Positions 63,927-64,000 of a stretch of 64,000 nt of DNA are shown here, piece by piece. The DNA comes from Tubulanus polymorphus (taxonomy: Eukaryota > Animalia > Nemertea), in the NCBI RefSeq assembly GCF_964204645.1, contig NC_134035.1, positions 9,456,451 to 9,520,450 of the forward strand, given 5' to 3'. The stretch's first letter is position 1, and each line of letters begins with the position of its first letter. Both the position numbers and the translations under genes were made by a program. The notes beneath the pieces were generated by a model. The model made no database searches. It was not told the DNA's origin and saw nothing but the letters and a program-made list of their open reading frames with translations.

Positions 63927-64000
63927 CTTGCTTTGGTGAAATTTCGGTCCATTATTTCGATTGGCGTACTGCATCGAACTATTCTGAGAAGGAGGAAAAC
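63927..64000 (-). CDS. candidate alternative upstream ADAR1 exon (..FPPSQNSSMQYANRNNGPKFHQSK), may extend beyond the window
   Basis: Frame open to the window edge; phase-0 aag|GTATGA donor compatible with the 63203 acceptor; possible internal acceptor ttctcag| with exon start at 63983. Confidence 0.4.

Overview
AT-rich animal genomic DNA with spliceosomal GT-AG introns, most likely an invertebrate (inference from gene content). It is not prokaryotic, and most of the six-frame ORFs are spurious. Two multi-exon protein genes were reconstructed by hand with consistent splice phases, and they lie tail-to-tail. (1) A four-jointed/FJX1-family Golgi kinase on + (5 coding exons, 32007-41995, 594 aa, DNE motif intact). 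(2) An ADAR1-type dsRNA adenosine deaminase on - (at least 11 coding exons, 53792-63203, at least 1139 aa): two Zalpha-like domains, a long disordered linker, one dsRBD and an intact deaminase domain. A tRNA-Glu(CTC) lies at 30596-30667, and a third gene may start on - in the left quarter. The non-coding DNA is dense in MITEs, L2/CR1 LINE remnants, micro- and minisatellites, and small palindromic elements carrying minimal hammerhead-ribozyme motifs of the Penelope-like-element type. Most notable: a near-perfect ~108-bp-arm hairpin with two inverted hammerhead motifs just downstream of the ADAR1 stop; an IRF/ISRE + AP-1 + TATA cluster at the ADAR1 5' end; and three ~32-bp palindromes with 7-bp flanking duplications that resemble P-element excision footprints.
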